NCBI GenBank assembly: GCA_002269645.1
Contig: NIVC01002943.1
Coordinates: 1 to 62,112, forward strand
DNA: 62,112 bases
From: Macrostomum lignano
Lineage: Eukaryota
Reading direction: 5' to 3'
The first letter of the stretch is position 1; every line of letters begins with the position of its first letter. Under the pieces are notes generated by a model. The model saw nothing but the letters and a program-made list of their open reading frames with translations. It was not told the origin of the DNA and did no database searches. Made by a program: the position numbers and the translations under genes. This document shows positions 49,076 through 62,112 of the stretch, in pieces.

Positions 49076-50995
49076 GGATTCTCTCTAATTACCAAACCTC
49101 GGATCCTATTCAAACAAATCTCAAATGCGTTTTCTATTTCCATGCAGAATTTTTGTTTGTGAAAAACAAAAGCATTCAGAAATGAAAGCATATGGAGTTT
49201 TTCCGGATTTTTTAAGAAAGGCCTGCTTACGTGTCTTGGCCAAGCGGCTTTAACTTGGCATCAAGTTGGTCACTGAAGACTTGATGTGAAAAACTGGCTA
49301 TTCATGTCTCCCTAGCATTTTCAAATTTCTCCTCTGCCAAGAGCAGCAAGCCATTTTTAAAGGTAAACAATCAAAAAGTAAAGTTTTTTATTTGAAGAGT
49401 TCAACACCCACTTGAGGCCTTGAGTTTGATTGACAGCCGCTTGGTCGGGAGAGCAGCTGGCGTTCGGAACTTTGCTTCAGTTGCTACAGTGCCTCATTAC
49501 TCAGCAGTTACTTAGTGAGTTATTCGGATTTGCAGAATGGAACTGTGTTTACTGTAAATGGCAGGAGTTTCCAATTGAGCTCAAGTTTCAGCCACAGCTT
49601 CAAAACATAAAGTTGCAAAATGATACTGACATGTGCAGAAGTTACATGTATAACAAGTTTAAACACGTACGATTTGACAATATTAGCCATAGACAACTTG
49701 GTGATTATGAGCACCATAAGGAAAATGACGAGATATCGAGCGAATGCAGTGCAGGTGAGGCACAGAGAGCAACTTGCACTTTTTAGTCACTCCAACGAAG
49801 CAGCCCATCGGACTATGTTGGGGATCAAAGGCTCTTCACTTCACACAAAAACAGCAAGAGTAACAGTGACATCGAGTGAATATTTTGATTTTACTAATCC
49901 TTTTATAAAACCCATGTGTAATTTTTAAAAATTGTTATAACTTTTAATTGCATGTCGAGTTGCTTTGCAGTTTTCGGCCCATTCGAAAGTTGCTGTCGTT
50001 TACAGCAAACACGGTCCAGAAACTTTGCAACACCGCTCTTACATATCATGCCCGATAACAAGAGGGACAGTGACACACGGAACCTATACGTCGCTTTGAA
50101 CTTTAGAAAACTTCTAACATCAATCTTTTAGTGTTGAAACTAATTAGATATGGTCATAATGGAATTAAATACTGTAGTTTTAGCATTTTAATCATTTTTG
50201 ACAGAACAAAATCTCATCAGACTTTGTTGATGAGACGTTGAGACGTTCAGAAGTTCAGACGTTGATGAACTTCAGGCTATCAGCGAAAGCTCTCCGACTT
50301 ACCATTTGTAGTGAAAACAATTAAAAAGATCTATAGAAGCATGCAAACGGTGCATTGTGCCATCGCGCTGACAAATGATATTTGCTACTCAGAGTGTGCA
50401 AGAGCAAATCTAAGTGAATGGCTCGATGCCAGCCGTCTGAACGCTTAGAGAATTTATACTGGAAACTTTGAATGGCTTCATCTTTCATCAAACACAAAAC
50501 CGCCCGCTTCGCATTTCTCGAACAAATTTTCAAGCATGCACGCGAGGCAAACTGACGTAGTACCCGATAAGGTGAACCAAGACACCTGCAACTGTAGGAT
50601 TTCATGCCTAATTACTCCCTTAATATTTTGAGTATTTTCCCAATGCAACACAATATTCGTCGAGAGCTGTTTATTCATTACTTCACTGAGAGCTGTTGAG
50701 CTACTGCTACGAGTGTTCGGGACTTTCTACAATTCTCTTGTACTTGCTGCATTTTTACGTTCTCGAAAAACTGGTGAAATCAAACAGTCCCGCTTTTGAA
50801 ATTTGAATCCACAATGCAAACATGAGTTTGCCTTTCCACTGCAATTTTATATTCCAAAGATCACATGAAACTGTTGTTTCAATAGAAAGTTAATGCGTAA
50901 AAACTTTCGATAATTCCAATGTCAAGCCGGCAATTTAAGTAACGTCAGGTCAATCAAGCCCTTTAAGCTCGCGCGGCTGACTCAGCTACCGTCGA

Positions 50996-52676
50996 TCATC
51001 TTCCCAGCATGCCTTTGACCTCCTGTCGCATCCTGCTGCTGCAGCCCAGCACGATGGCCCAGTTGAAAGCCTGGTTGGTCATGGCCAGGGTCTTCAGCAG
51101 GTACAGGATGTCAATCCAGATGCGGGCTGTGCTGTTCACCAACGTTTGGTCGAGCAGCTGCACCACCCAGAAGGCGACCGGCAACGGCGCGTTCGCCAAC
51201 AGCGTGGTGCTTGACATGGCCAGCACGACCAGCACGCCGCCCGCATTGTTCCCGGCTCGGGAGCTGGCAGAGCCGCCGTTTCCCGAGCTGACAGTCCCAC
51301 TGGGCCTGGCCGCGAGTTGCTGCCGCCGCTTCCCTGCCGCTTGCAGCACGCAGCCGAGCAGAATTGAATTCAGCAGCAGCAGCAGCAGCAGCACGATGGT
51401 AGGCGGGTTGCACACAAGACTGTCGTACATGAGGAATCTGTCTTGGTCTTCTGGCGTGTAGTAGCAGTAGACGATGACGATGCCCATCTGGACAATCGGC
51501 CTGGAAATCACCTGGTTGGCGATGCCGCGCGGCAGGCTGAGCAAAGCGGAGGCAGCGGCGGCCGCCAGCACGGACAGGAAGGCGCTGCGAACGCCGCTGC
51601 CGCCGCGAAAGGTCAGCGGGGCCAGGAAGGTGGCGGTACGGCTGACCACCAGGACCAGCATCACAGTGGCCGGCAGCAGCTGCGTCAGGCCGATGACGGC
51701 TTTGTGAATCTTCGGGTGCGATTGGGTTTAGAAGCTTTGTGAGCATATCCCCGTATGCCGCATTGGTGCGAAATTTAACTTTAGGCAACGCAACGTGTTT
51801 GCTGCTTAGGTTGCTGAGATAAGTTGGTGAATATCAGATTGTTACTCTGATGCTAGCTATTGTGTCTAGTCTCTTTGCTCATGACTACTTGTGACTTGTG
51901 TAATGCTGGGACTACAGCTTGGAAAAGCGAGTATTGTACATACACGAGACGCCATATTTTCGGTTGGTTAATCCTCGCCTTTCAGACACAAGCGCGTTAA
52001 TGATCGCCGTACAACAAAGGTCAGCAAACTCCGGCCCGCGAAGCCTCTCTATCCGGGTCCTTTGAAAGTGCACAATAGCAATCCGGGCCTGCTCAAGGCT
52101 TGTACGTCTCTTGTCAGCTCTTCTCTCCTTCCACATATCTCCTCTCCTATTTCCTCTCTGTTGTCCTCTAGTCTTTATTCCCTCCTTTCTCCTATTTCTC
52201 CTCTATTTCCTCTCCTCTGACCAGCAGTCATGCGCTTGGTCACGGGAAGGAAGTTACGCAACAGTCAATCTCAAGCCAACTGGGCGCTCTCTGACCTTGC
52301 AGCCGAGGTCGCTAACAGTGATCATCACGAGCCCAAATCGACCATTGCTCAGCCAGGGCAGGCCCTTGTTGAGGAAGCCGTTCAGAACGCCCTGCACCAC
52401 CAGTGTGACCCCGTCCACCACGGCGATGCACCCGTAGAAACAGTTCTGCTTGGTCAGCGGCTTCACCCGGCAGAGGGTCAGGTAGGCAACTAGGCTATTG
52501 CCCAGCAGGCCGACAACCATCACTGCAGGCAGCAGGCAGCCAGTCACTGCGCCGTTGATGTTGGCGATCAGGCAGCTGACGCTTTCACTGTCCTGACGGC
52601 AGGCCTGCAGCGGCGTGTCCAAATCCTCGTAGAAGACAAGACGCGGTGTCACCCCTGAATTGTTGGTGCCGTTCAT
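50996..52676 (-). CDS. Rhodopsin-like (class A) peptide-type GPCR; TM3-TM4 region disrupted or unresolved, possibly a pseudogene
   Basis: 52676-52254: N-glycosylated N-terminus, TM1 (VGLLGNSLV), TM2, and CK before TM3. 51690-50996: TM4-TM7 ending TNQAFNWAIVLGCSSRMRQE. Between them are TM3-like (RNFLPVT) and RCVA fragments with stops or frame changes and an A/G-rich insert. Confidence 0.7.
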
Positions 52677-53288
52677 TGCGACTCGGTTCGGTTAAGTGCC
52701 GATCCGGACTCCATTTATGCCTATTGTGAGCGGCATACGTCAAAGCCTAATTGGTGAATAAACATGGGCGTGCCGTCACTTTGATGCCAGATGCTCGCCA
52801 TTTAAGATCTATTTTTGGTGTCTCAACTGAACTCTTGTTTGCGCCTTTGACTCCGCTTGATGCCATGATGATGGAAGCTGGAATTAATTGCGTCTGGAAT
52901 CCCAATTAGCTCGAAGCCTTGGAGTCAGCTAATTAGAAAAAATAGCTTTCTCGATGAAAAACTCTTGAGACATCAAAGCCAAAAGAAGGCCCGTGAAGCG
53001 CATTTTCGAATCAAATCTTCAAAGCAAATTAGAGCACGCAAAATACAAGAAGCAAGAAGAAAGCGATTAAATCAAGGGGTCTAGAGAGGCTGCAGTGCAA
53101 GGTGCAGAGTCCCACACCTGTCTAAAAATTTAAGGCTTTGTCACGGATTCGAACCAAGCCACTGCTTGGCGTCATAGCTATTCATATAGTAATTAAAATT
53201 AACGTACGAATGGACGAAAAGCGGAATAATTGTATTGAAATTTCAGAAACGCCAGGTTTATTTACCAGCTCGGTGTATATTTGAAAAA

Positions 53289-55541
53289 CTAGGACAGCAG
53301 CAGGTAGGACAGCAGGTGAGCAATGACCAGCACATTGACGCTGTTTCCAAGCAGCTGGTAGGCCTGCCTTCTCGACAGGCACAGGCTGGTTGAGAAGCTG
53401 TAACCTGGCGGAAAGTGCATGAGACCTGCCACCTCGGCTGCAGACAAATAGCGCAGCCCGAGCGACTCCGCGTACGCCTGCATCGTCTCGGCGTCGCCGC
53501 TGCCGCCGGCGCTATCGACAAACTCGCCGTTGTTGATGTCGTCGTCGCTCAGATCGTCCGGCGCCAAGGAGGAGCAGCTCGCATCGATCGCGGCAGCCGC
53601 GGAATCGGCGTGGCTGACCTCGCCGTGTGTCCGCGGCGGGCAGGCGCCGGCCTTTACCCGGTCGTGGCTCGGCTTGCCGAACGCCAGCCTGCGGGTCTGC
53701 AACACCGAGCCGGTGCCTTCCACCCGCTTGCCGTAGCCTTTGGTGAAGCAGCAGGTCGCCCGGGAGCGCGGCTGCCGGATGTCCAGCACGGGGAAGAACT
53801 GTTCGAGCTGGCGGCTGGTCAGGTACAGCTCGGGCTCGGCGTCCGCTCCAGGCGACAGGTAGTCGGACAGTGGCCGCGCGAACGGCCGGTAGCAGCGCAG
53901 GTGCGAATCGTGGGTGAGCTGGCCGGGCTGGAGCCGGCCGGAGCAGACGGGGCAGCAGCAGGACGGCAGCAGAGGCTGCGAAGTGGCCGCAGACGGAGGA
54001 CGGTCGATGAGGCAGTTGGCGGGCAGGAGGCGGGCGGCCGCGGGTTCGGGCGCGCCGGGGCGCCAGGCGAGCAGGTAAAAGCGGAGCCGGGAGTTGGGGA
54101 CGCTGAACTGCAGGGGACTCAGCAGCAGCTGGCGGTACTCGTAGCTGGAGTGGGAAATACGGTGGGACAAGTAGCTGGAGTGGGAAATGCGGTGGGACAA
54201 GTAGCTGGAGTGGGAAATACGGTGGGACAAGTAGCTGGAGTGGGAAATGCGGTGGGACAAGTAGCTGGAGTGGGAAATACGGTGGGACAAGTAGCTGGAG
54301 TGGGAAATACGGTGGGACAAGTAGCTGGAGTGGGAAATACGGTGGGACAAGTAGCTGGAGTGGGAAATACGGTGGGACAAGTAGCTGGAGTGGGAAATAC
54401 GGTGGGACAAGTAGCTGGAGTGGGAAATACGGTGGGACAAGTAGCTGGAGTGGGAAATACGGCGGTACTCGTAGCTGGAGTGGGAAATACGGCGGTACTC
54501 GTAGCTGGAGTGGGAAATACGGCGGGACAAGTAGCTGGAGTGGGAAATACGGCGGTACTCGTAGCTGGAGTGGGAAATACGGCGGTACTCGTAGCTGGAG
54601 TGGGAAATACGGCGGGACAAGTAGCTGGAGTGGGAAATACGGCGGGACAAGTAGCTGGAGTGGATTCCGTACGCACCCAAATTAAAATTGACCTAAACCT
54701 GGGGGTTGCGGTCCGATCACACCCTTGAGAGCCAACCAACCCCCCCCCAAGGCACAGAGTGTGCATTAGAAAGTCAGAGCCGCTTTACACCGTGTGACCA
54801 GTGCGTGCGCCTGCGTACAGCATCCACGGGCTTTTATGCGCTCAGGAGTCATTGGAATGGGCAGAATTGGCTCAGCGCTGTCGCTATAGGTCTACTGGGT
54901 CTCACTCAACTGGTACTCATCGCCCTTAATCGAAAAAACATCAAAGGTGTTCTACAGGGAGCTCCCAACGAGGGTCCCGGATGCTTTGCGAGGCGCTGCA
55001 TCGTGCTTGATTCGAGAGGTGACTCCAGCGAACTAAAAAAATCGATATTCCCTGATGAAGCTACACTGAATCTTTCTCACCCGCACTTGTTGAGACACTC
55101 CAGCAGCCGCTCAGCAGCCGGGCTGGCCTCGAAGCCCTGCACATTCTCCAGCAACAGCCGGCTTGGCCGCTCGTCATCAGGCAGGCTCGCCAGCACCTTC
55201 AGCAGACGAAGCAGCGGTCTGCACCTGGCGTCGTCAAGGCCGCGCCGGTTGCCAAGCCGGCTAAATGGCTGACACGGCGGGCTCATCAGCCACAGGTTGG
55301 CTGCCAGGGCTCGAACCCGGGCCAACCCAATCGAGTCAAGCGAGGCGGTGCACACGCGAACGCCGGGAAAGTTGCGCTCGTACACCGAGTTGGCGATGTT
55401 GTTGACGTCAAAGGCGCCGGCTATGCGGTAGCTGAACTCGCGCTCACCACCGACCAGCTGGCGCAGCAGCTGCAGGGCGCAGTGCATGCCCCCGATGCCG
55501 GAGAAGAACTCGGCGACGCGGAATTCCCCTTCTCCTTGATG
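53289..55541 (-). CDS. TRDMT1: DNMT2 / TRDMT1 tRNA (cytosine-C5) methyltransferase; exons approx. 55541-55081 and 54144 (or 54654)-53289
   Basis: Motif I EFFSGIGG, IV SPPCQPFSR, VI LLENV, VIII PNSRLRFY, DNMT2 signature CFTKGY, IX LRYLSAAEV, X LLGNSVNV. Confidence 0.95.
54141..54665 (-). repeat. 30-bp minisatellite (18 AG-containing copies) spanning the DNMT2 3' splice site
   Basis: GTAGCTGGAG recurs every 30 nt from 54141 to 54651. On the minus strand the unit is TATTTCCCACTCCAG|CTACGAGTACCGCCG or ...CTACTTGTCCCACCG. Confidence 0.97.
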
Positions 55542-55619
55542 CTGCGGGTGCAGGTGGCAGCTTGGTTGCTAAGACAGCTGGGCGCAGCGACCTCGTTATC
55601 GAATTGATGTGATGGAGAT

Positions 55620-55965
55620 GTGGCTGGGGATTGATGAAGCTGTGAGCTGGGGATTCATGGAGCTGTGGGCTGGGGATTGATGGAGCTGTGAGCTGGGGAT
55701 TGATGAAGATGTGGCTGGGGATTGATGGAGCTGTAAGCTGGGGATTGATGAAGATGTGGGCTGGGGATTGATGAGGCTGTGGGCTGGGGATTGATGAAGC
55801 TGTGAGCTGGGGATTGATGGAGCTGTGGCTGGGGATCGATGGAGATGTGACTGGGGAATGATGGAGCTGTAAGCTGGGGATTGATGAAGCTATGAGCTAG
55901 TAGAGGGGATTGATGAAGATGTGGGTTGGGGATTGATGAGGCTGTGGCTGGGGATTGATGGAGCT
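55620..55965. repeat. About 23-bp degenerate minisatellite (GCTGGGGATTGATGAAGCTGTGA)
   Basis: Directly visible. Confidence 0.9.
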
Positions 55966-56049
55966 GCAGTTTTTGGCTGTAACAACGAACTATGAGAGTC
56001 TGTAACTACGAGTAGTAGCTTGCTTTTCTACAAACGTGACAAAAGTTAC

Positions 56050-56440
56050 TCACAATAGCCTGTGGGAGGCTGTAACAATAGCCTGTGGGAGGCTGTAACA
56101 ATAGCCTGTGGGAGGCTGTAACAATAGCCTGTGGGAGGCTGTAACAATAGCCTGTGGGAGGCTGTAACAATAGCTTGTGGGAGGCTGTAACAATAGTCTG
56201 TGGGAGGCTGTAACAATAGCCTGTGGGAGGCTGTAACAATAGCCTGTGGGAGGCTGTAACAATAGCTTGTGGGAGGCTGTAACAATAGTCTGTGGGAGGC
56301 TGTAACAATAGCCTGTGGGAGGCTGTAACAATAGCCTGTGGGAGGCTGTAACAATAGCCTGTGGGAGGCTGTAACAATAGCCTGTGGGAGGCTGTAACAA
56401 TAGCCTGTGGGAGGCAGTAACAATAGCCTGTGGGAGGCAG
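56050..56440. repeat. 23-bp minisatellite, about 17 copies
   Basis: AATAGCCTGTGGGAGGCTGTAAC at 56054 and 56077. Confidence 0.96.
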
Positions 56441-57199
56441 TTCAGTCAATATTTTCGTGCACTTGGCTGACAGATCAGTTATTAGAAGACTAGTCTAAAT
56501 AACACGTAAAGATTTTTCCAGTTCACGTTTAATTGATATCAATGACGACCAACAATGAAAGAAATCTTAATAAATATAATTTAATTTAATTTACTTGTCC
56601 AAGAGAGAACATTGGATTTAAAAACAGCTGGTGTGAGGATCCAGAAAAAGCAGTCGCACTCGTACTTCCCAAAATGACAAGTTATTTGCATAATTATGCA
56701 TAATATAATATCCTGCATGCTTTTTGATTTGAATAGAGGCCAGCTAATCATTTAAAAAAATAATCAATAAAACTGGTGTTTATCAATAACCCCTAATCGG
56801 TGCAAAGCAAAGCAAAAATTTTATGAGGAATGCCAGCCTGACTCGCGTCCCTAGGAACAGTTTGAGCAGCCCATTTAATTAGCTGAGAACCTATTAGCTA
56901 TAATGATGCTTCAGACAGTTCACACAAAGGGATAGAGCGTGTAGGTAAGCCGGGACACTGAAATAAATAACAATAGACTGTAAAAATTAATAAGCAAACT
57001 GCTTAAGGATGGGTCAGACACAGTTTTATAACGTATATATAGAGAGAGTCTAAAGGACAATATGGTAATTAATCATTAGCCACTAAGTTACTTTTTGTAG
57101 CAGAACACAATAACAGCAGGACAACAGTGAGGCTATTAAGGGGGTCCAGAATCTTAGATAAAAGCATCATCAGCAGGGTCTGCTCTCCCCGAGCATGGC

Positions 57200-57390
57200 G
57201 ACACTGACAGATAGACAGACAGACAGCCACAGACAGACAGACAGACAGACAAACACACAGATAGACAGACAGGCAGACAGACAGACAGACAGACAAACAC
57301 ACAGATAGACAGACAGGCAGACAGACAGACAGACAGACAAACACACAGATAGACAGACAGGCAGACAGACAGACAGACAGACAAACACAC

Positions 57391-57435
<45 letters not shown>

Positions 57436-57480
57436 CACAGATAGACAGGCAGGCAGACAGACACAGACAGACAGACATCA
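57200..57480. repeat. Compound (GACA)n microsatellite
   Basis: Directly visible. Confidence 0.95.
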
Positions 57481-58254
57481 GGCAGACCGACAGTTGAAAA
57501 AAGGGAAATAAAAACAGTACGAACAACGGTAGGAAAGTACATTAAAACAGCCGCCACCCAGGGAACTTGGGATACAACGTAATAAAAGTACAATGAAGAC
57601 AAAGCAAACAGGAAACACTATAAGAGAGCAGAGGGTTTATAATTTTTGCTGGAGATTGACAAATAATAATAACAGATTCAAAGCGCCTACTGTCGACTAC
57701 TAAGTAGTATCGAAAGCAAACTGGCCCTATTTTTTAACTGAAGATGGTAATACAGCATTATTCCAGGGCAGGCCGACCCCGCCCGGACACTGGGAGTAAG
57801 CAGAATAATTATTAGTAAAAGCAGCAACCAAAATGGGGACAACAAAGCAAAACAAAGGGGAGAGCGAGAGGCCCCGTTAAATAGAGGCATCAATTGCCGG
57901 AACGGATAACGATGAGGCTTACAATAATATAAAACAATAATCATACAGACGTCATCAATAAGTATATTGATAATATTTATGCTTTGGAATAAAACGACAG
58001 CAAAACAGAGACAAAATTTTCAACAAAGGAAAAATTGACAAGATTAACAGAAGAAGTTAAGCAAAGACAAAAAAGTTCAGACGGCAACAAGACAAAGAAA
58101 TTTAGCGGGCCGCGGCGAGATGTCAGTTTCGAGTTGCTAACTGATTGATGAAGAACTGAAGCTAAACTGAGTTAACGTTGCGTAACAAAGCTGACAACAA
58201 GGAACACATTGCAGCTGGGCCTGGGCATGAGAATAAACATTTGAACCCGCTTAT

Positions 58255-58535
58255 CTATCCAGGCACCTAGCCTGTATCTTTCCAGGCACCTAGCCTGTAT
58301 CTATCCAGACACCTAGTTTCTATATATCCAGGCACCTAGCCAATATATCTATCCAGGCACCTAGTCTCTATATATCCAGGCACCTAGCCTATATATCTAT
58401 CCAGGCACCTAGTCTCTATATATCCAGGCACCTAGCCTATTATCTATCCAGGCACCTAGCGTATTATCTATCCAGGCACCTAGCCTATATCTATCCAGGC
58501 ACCTAGCCTATATATCTATCCAGGCACCTAGCTAA
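58255..58535. repeat. Variable 21-26-bp tandem repeat (ATCCAGGCACCTAG core)
   Basis: Directly visible. Confidence 0.9.
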
Positions 58536-58740
58536 TATCTAGCCTATCCTATTCCAATATCCCGACTGTTCTCACATTAATTGGACAACAGATTCCGTGC
58601 TTCACTACCCAGCTGCATCCAGGAAATAAAGGAACATAAGAAAAATGACACCCAAGTTGCGACTCAAGAGCAAAAATCTCTAAACCGATCCCCATCTGAG
58701 AAGTCATAAATCCAGCTCCCCTGCTGCAAATTTTGTCCAA

Positions 58741-59762
<1,022 letters not shown>

Positions 59763-59902
59763 TTAAGTGATGTGCCACCTGTTTTAGACCAATACAAGGG
59801 CTTTTCACAAATCAATTTTGTTTAGGTCGTCCGATGCTCCCCTTCACGGAGGGTTGGGGCACAGTAGCTCGGGGTGTCTAGGTTCGATTCCTGGCGATTC
59901 CT

Positions 59903-60483
59903 GATCAGCACTGCAACTGTCAGTGACCAGTGAAACCGGAGCTGTGATCAGCACCGCAGCTGTCAGTGACCAGTGAAACCGGAGCTGTGATCAGCACTGC
60001 AGCTGTCAGTGACTAGTGAAACCGGAGCTGTGATCAGCACTGCAGCTGTCAGTGACCAGTGAAACCGGAGCTGTGATCAGCACTGCAGCTGTCAGTGACT
60101 AGTGAAACCGGAGCTGTGATCAGAGCTGCAGCTGTCAGTGACCAGTGAAACCGGAGCTGTGATCAGAGCTGCAGCTGTCAGTGACCAGTGAAACCGGAGC
60201 TGTGATCAGCACTGCAGCTGTCAGTGACCAGTGAAACCGGAGCTGTGATCAGAGCTGCAGCTGTCAGTGACCAGTGAAACCGAAGCTGTGATCAGCACTG
60301 CAGCTGTCAGTGACCAGTGAAACCGGAGCTGTGATCAGCACTGCAGCTGTCAGTGACCAGTGAAACCGGAGCTGTGATCAGCACTGCAGCTGTCAGTGAC
60401 CAGTGAAACCGGAGCTGTGATCAGCACTGCAGCTGTCAGTGACCAGTGAAACCGGAGCTGTGATCAGCACTGCAGCTGTCAGT
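59903..60483. repeat. 43-bp minisatellite, about 13 copies, abutting the LTR
   Basis: GATCAGCACTGCAGCTGTCAGTGACCAGTGAAACCGGAGCTGT at 59903 and 59946. Confidence 0.96.
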
Positions 60484-62112
60484 TGTTGTGTGTGGCTTGT
60501 GTGCACTAATATTTACTCTCGTAATTTCGTGTACATCTGTGTACTCTGGCCCCCACCCCTTCTATGTACAGTGAAGTTCTCAACAATATATATCGGTGTT
60601 TACCCAGTGTCTGGGTCTAAGAGTTTTCTCGCTCACTCGCAAACATGACTTGGCATTTATCATAACATGGCGTCGCAAGTCTAAACTACCTTTCCAGTCT
60701 GGCAAGCATGGAAGGATTGAGGCCGCCAGAGCCTATGGTTTTTGACACCAATAGGGCGGACAACTGGAGAAAGTGGATCAAATCGTTCGATTTCTATATG
60801 AAAGCTACGAAGAGAACTGAAGAAAACAACGATGTGAAGGTGGCCATTCTGCTAACCGCCCTCGGATCCGACGGTCAAGATATCTACTCTACATTTCCTG
60901 CAGACAAAGTAGCTACGTACGACGAAGTAGTCGAGGCATTCAAAGACTACTGTGAGCCTCTGTCAAACGAAACATTTGAGCGCTACCAGCTCCGGACAAA
61001 AGTGCAAGGAGAAGCTGAGGACTTTGATCAGTTTGTCAGTTCCCTCCGTCAGATCATCAAACGCTGCAATTACAGCAAGCCAGCTAACGAGGAGACCATC
61101 GAGAACAGTGTCCTTCGAGACCAGATCGTCATCGGAGTCAACGACCCAGCTCTGAGGGAAAGATTTCTGCGAGAGACGAAGCTGACTTTGGATCGCGCCA
61201 TCCAGATGGGTCGAGCATCCGAGACTTCGAAGCGGCAGGCTCGGACCCAGGCCACTGCGCAGATCAGCCGAGCAGCGCCTGCAGCCGTGCCAGCGTCTGT
61301 CGATGCAGTGCAAAACCGAGCCAAAGCGACAGTCAGCCACGCCAGATCGGCTCGGAGCTGCGGATCCTGCGGACAGCAGCATGAGCGGCGCAAGTGCCCG
61401 GCCTACGGTAAGACCTGCAATAATTGTGGTCGCACAAATCATTTTTCGTCCGTGTGCCGCTCAGCGAAGGTCAACGAGCTGGTGGAGGACTCCAAGGTTG
61501 ACTGTGCGGGCGATGCTTCCGCGCAGCAGCTATCATGACGTTGAGAAGCCGAGTTGCTCGCCAGCCCAATTGCAAACAGATGTCTCGTCAATGATGCGTC
61601 TGCCTGTCAGTCACGGACTCCGGAAGAAAGCTTCACTTCAAGGTAGACACTGGGGCGGATGTTAATGTGATTCCTCTGAGACAGCTGATCCAGCTCGCCC
61701 CAGCAGCAGCATTGAGCCTACGTCGCTGGACACTGACACCTACAATAAGCAGCTGTTGGACGTGGTCGGCACCACGTACTTGACAGTGTCATCGCCCTGC
61801 CGTAAGAATGTCAGACTTCAGTTTGTAGTCATCGGCGAGAGCTCTACACCATTATCGGCTGGAAATCAGCAATTGAGGAGCTTCAGTTAGTCAAAAACTA
61901 TTTGCTGTGCAGAGCCAGAACAGCAGCATTAGCAAAGCTGCAAAAACAGCAGGTGTCAGAACTCACAGCCTCTCAGGTGAAAGCCGCATACCCTGAAGTA
62001 TTCAACGGTGTTGGCTGCATGAAGCAACCGTACACCATCCGGCTTGCTGACAACGCCGCGCCCAAAAGTGCAGCCTCCACGCAAGGTGCCGTTCGCTGCG
62101 TATCAACCACTC
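60484..62112 (+). mobile_element. Ty3/Gypsy-type LTR retrotransposon, 5' part, antisense within a Rab2 intron
   Basis: Putative LTR 60484-60667 (TGTTGTG...CATAACA) followed by PBS-like TGGCGTCGC, then gag, then degenerate protease (FKVDTGADVNVIP about 61635) and the start of RT (YPEVFNGVGCMK...PRKVPF). Confidence 0.9.
60708..61538 (+). CDS. Gypsy Gag with CCHC zinc knuckles
   Basis: 276-aa ORF: NWRKWIKSFDFY...LRDQIVIGV...LTLDRAI...CGSCGQQH...CPAYGKTCNNCGRTNHFSSVC. Confidence 0.92.
   Translation: MEGLRPPEPMVFDTNRADNWRKWIKSFDFYMKATKRTEENNDVKVAILLTALGSDGQDIYSTFPADKVATYDEVVEAFKDYCEPLSNETFERYQLRTKVQGEAEDFDQFVSSLRQIIKRCNYSKPANEETIENSVLRDQIVIGVNDPALRERFLRETKLTLDRAIQMGRASETSKRQARTQATAQISRAAPAAVPASVDAVQNRAKATVSHARSARSCGSCGQQHERRKCPAYGKTCNNCGRTNHFSSVCRSAKVNELVEDSKVDCAGDASAQQLS

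Noticed and set aside
53289-55541. Bacterial restriction-modification methyltransferase or contamination
   Set aside because: It has a spliceosomal intron and the DNMT2-specific CFTxxY motif, with no partner endonuclease.

Overview
This is intron-containing animal genomic DNA, rich in minisatellites and with GC-rich exons. The style suggests a free-living flatworm such as Macrostomum, but that is inference only. In order along the window: (1) a degenerate LOA-like non-LTR retrotransposon on the minus strand (ORF1; APE-RT-RNase H), whose 5' end folds by eye into an HDV-like self-cleaving ribozyme and which lies antisense in intron 4 of (2) the upstream member of a tandem pair of nicotinic acetylcholine receptor genes (exons 5-7 of one copy, then a complete 7-exon alpha-type gene); (3) a Crypton-like relic; (4) five apparently identical 272-bp units embedded in an (ATCT)n microsatellite; (5) a run of minus-strand genes: a class-V PLP cysteine-desulfurase-like enzyme, an abLIM/UNC-115-like gene, two paralogous secreted proteins sharing an unassigned domain (one also with two WSC domains), a disrupted class-A GPCR, DNMT2/TRDMT1 and Rab2 (3' exons); and (6) the 5' part of a Gypsy LTR element in a Rab2 intron. 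The strongest leads are the HDV-like ribozyme, a 30-bp in-frame minisatellite made of duplicated DNMT2 splice acceptors, a DNMT2 frame with no genomic ATG that could take its AUG from a flatworm spliced leader, and the WSC/unknown-domain secreted pair. Exon boundaries and RNA structures were derived manually and need RNA-seq or computational confirmation.
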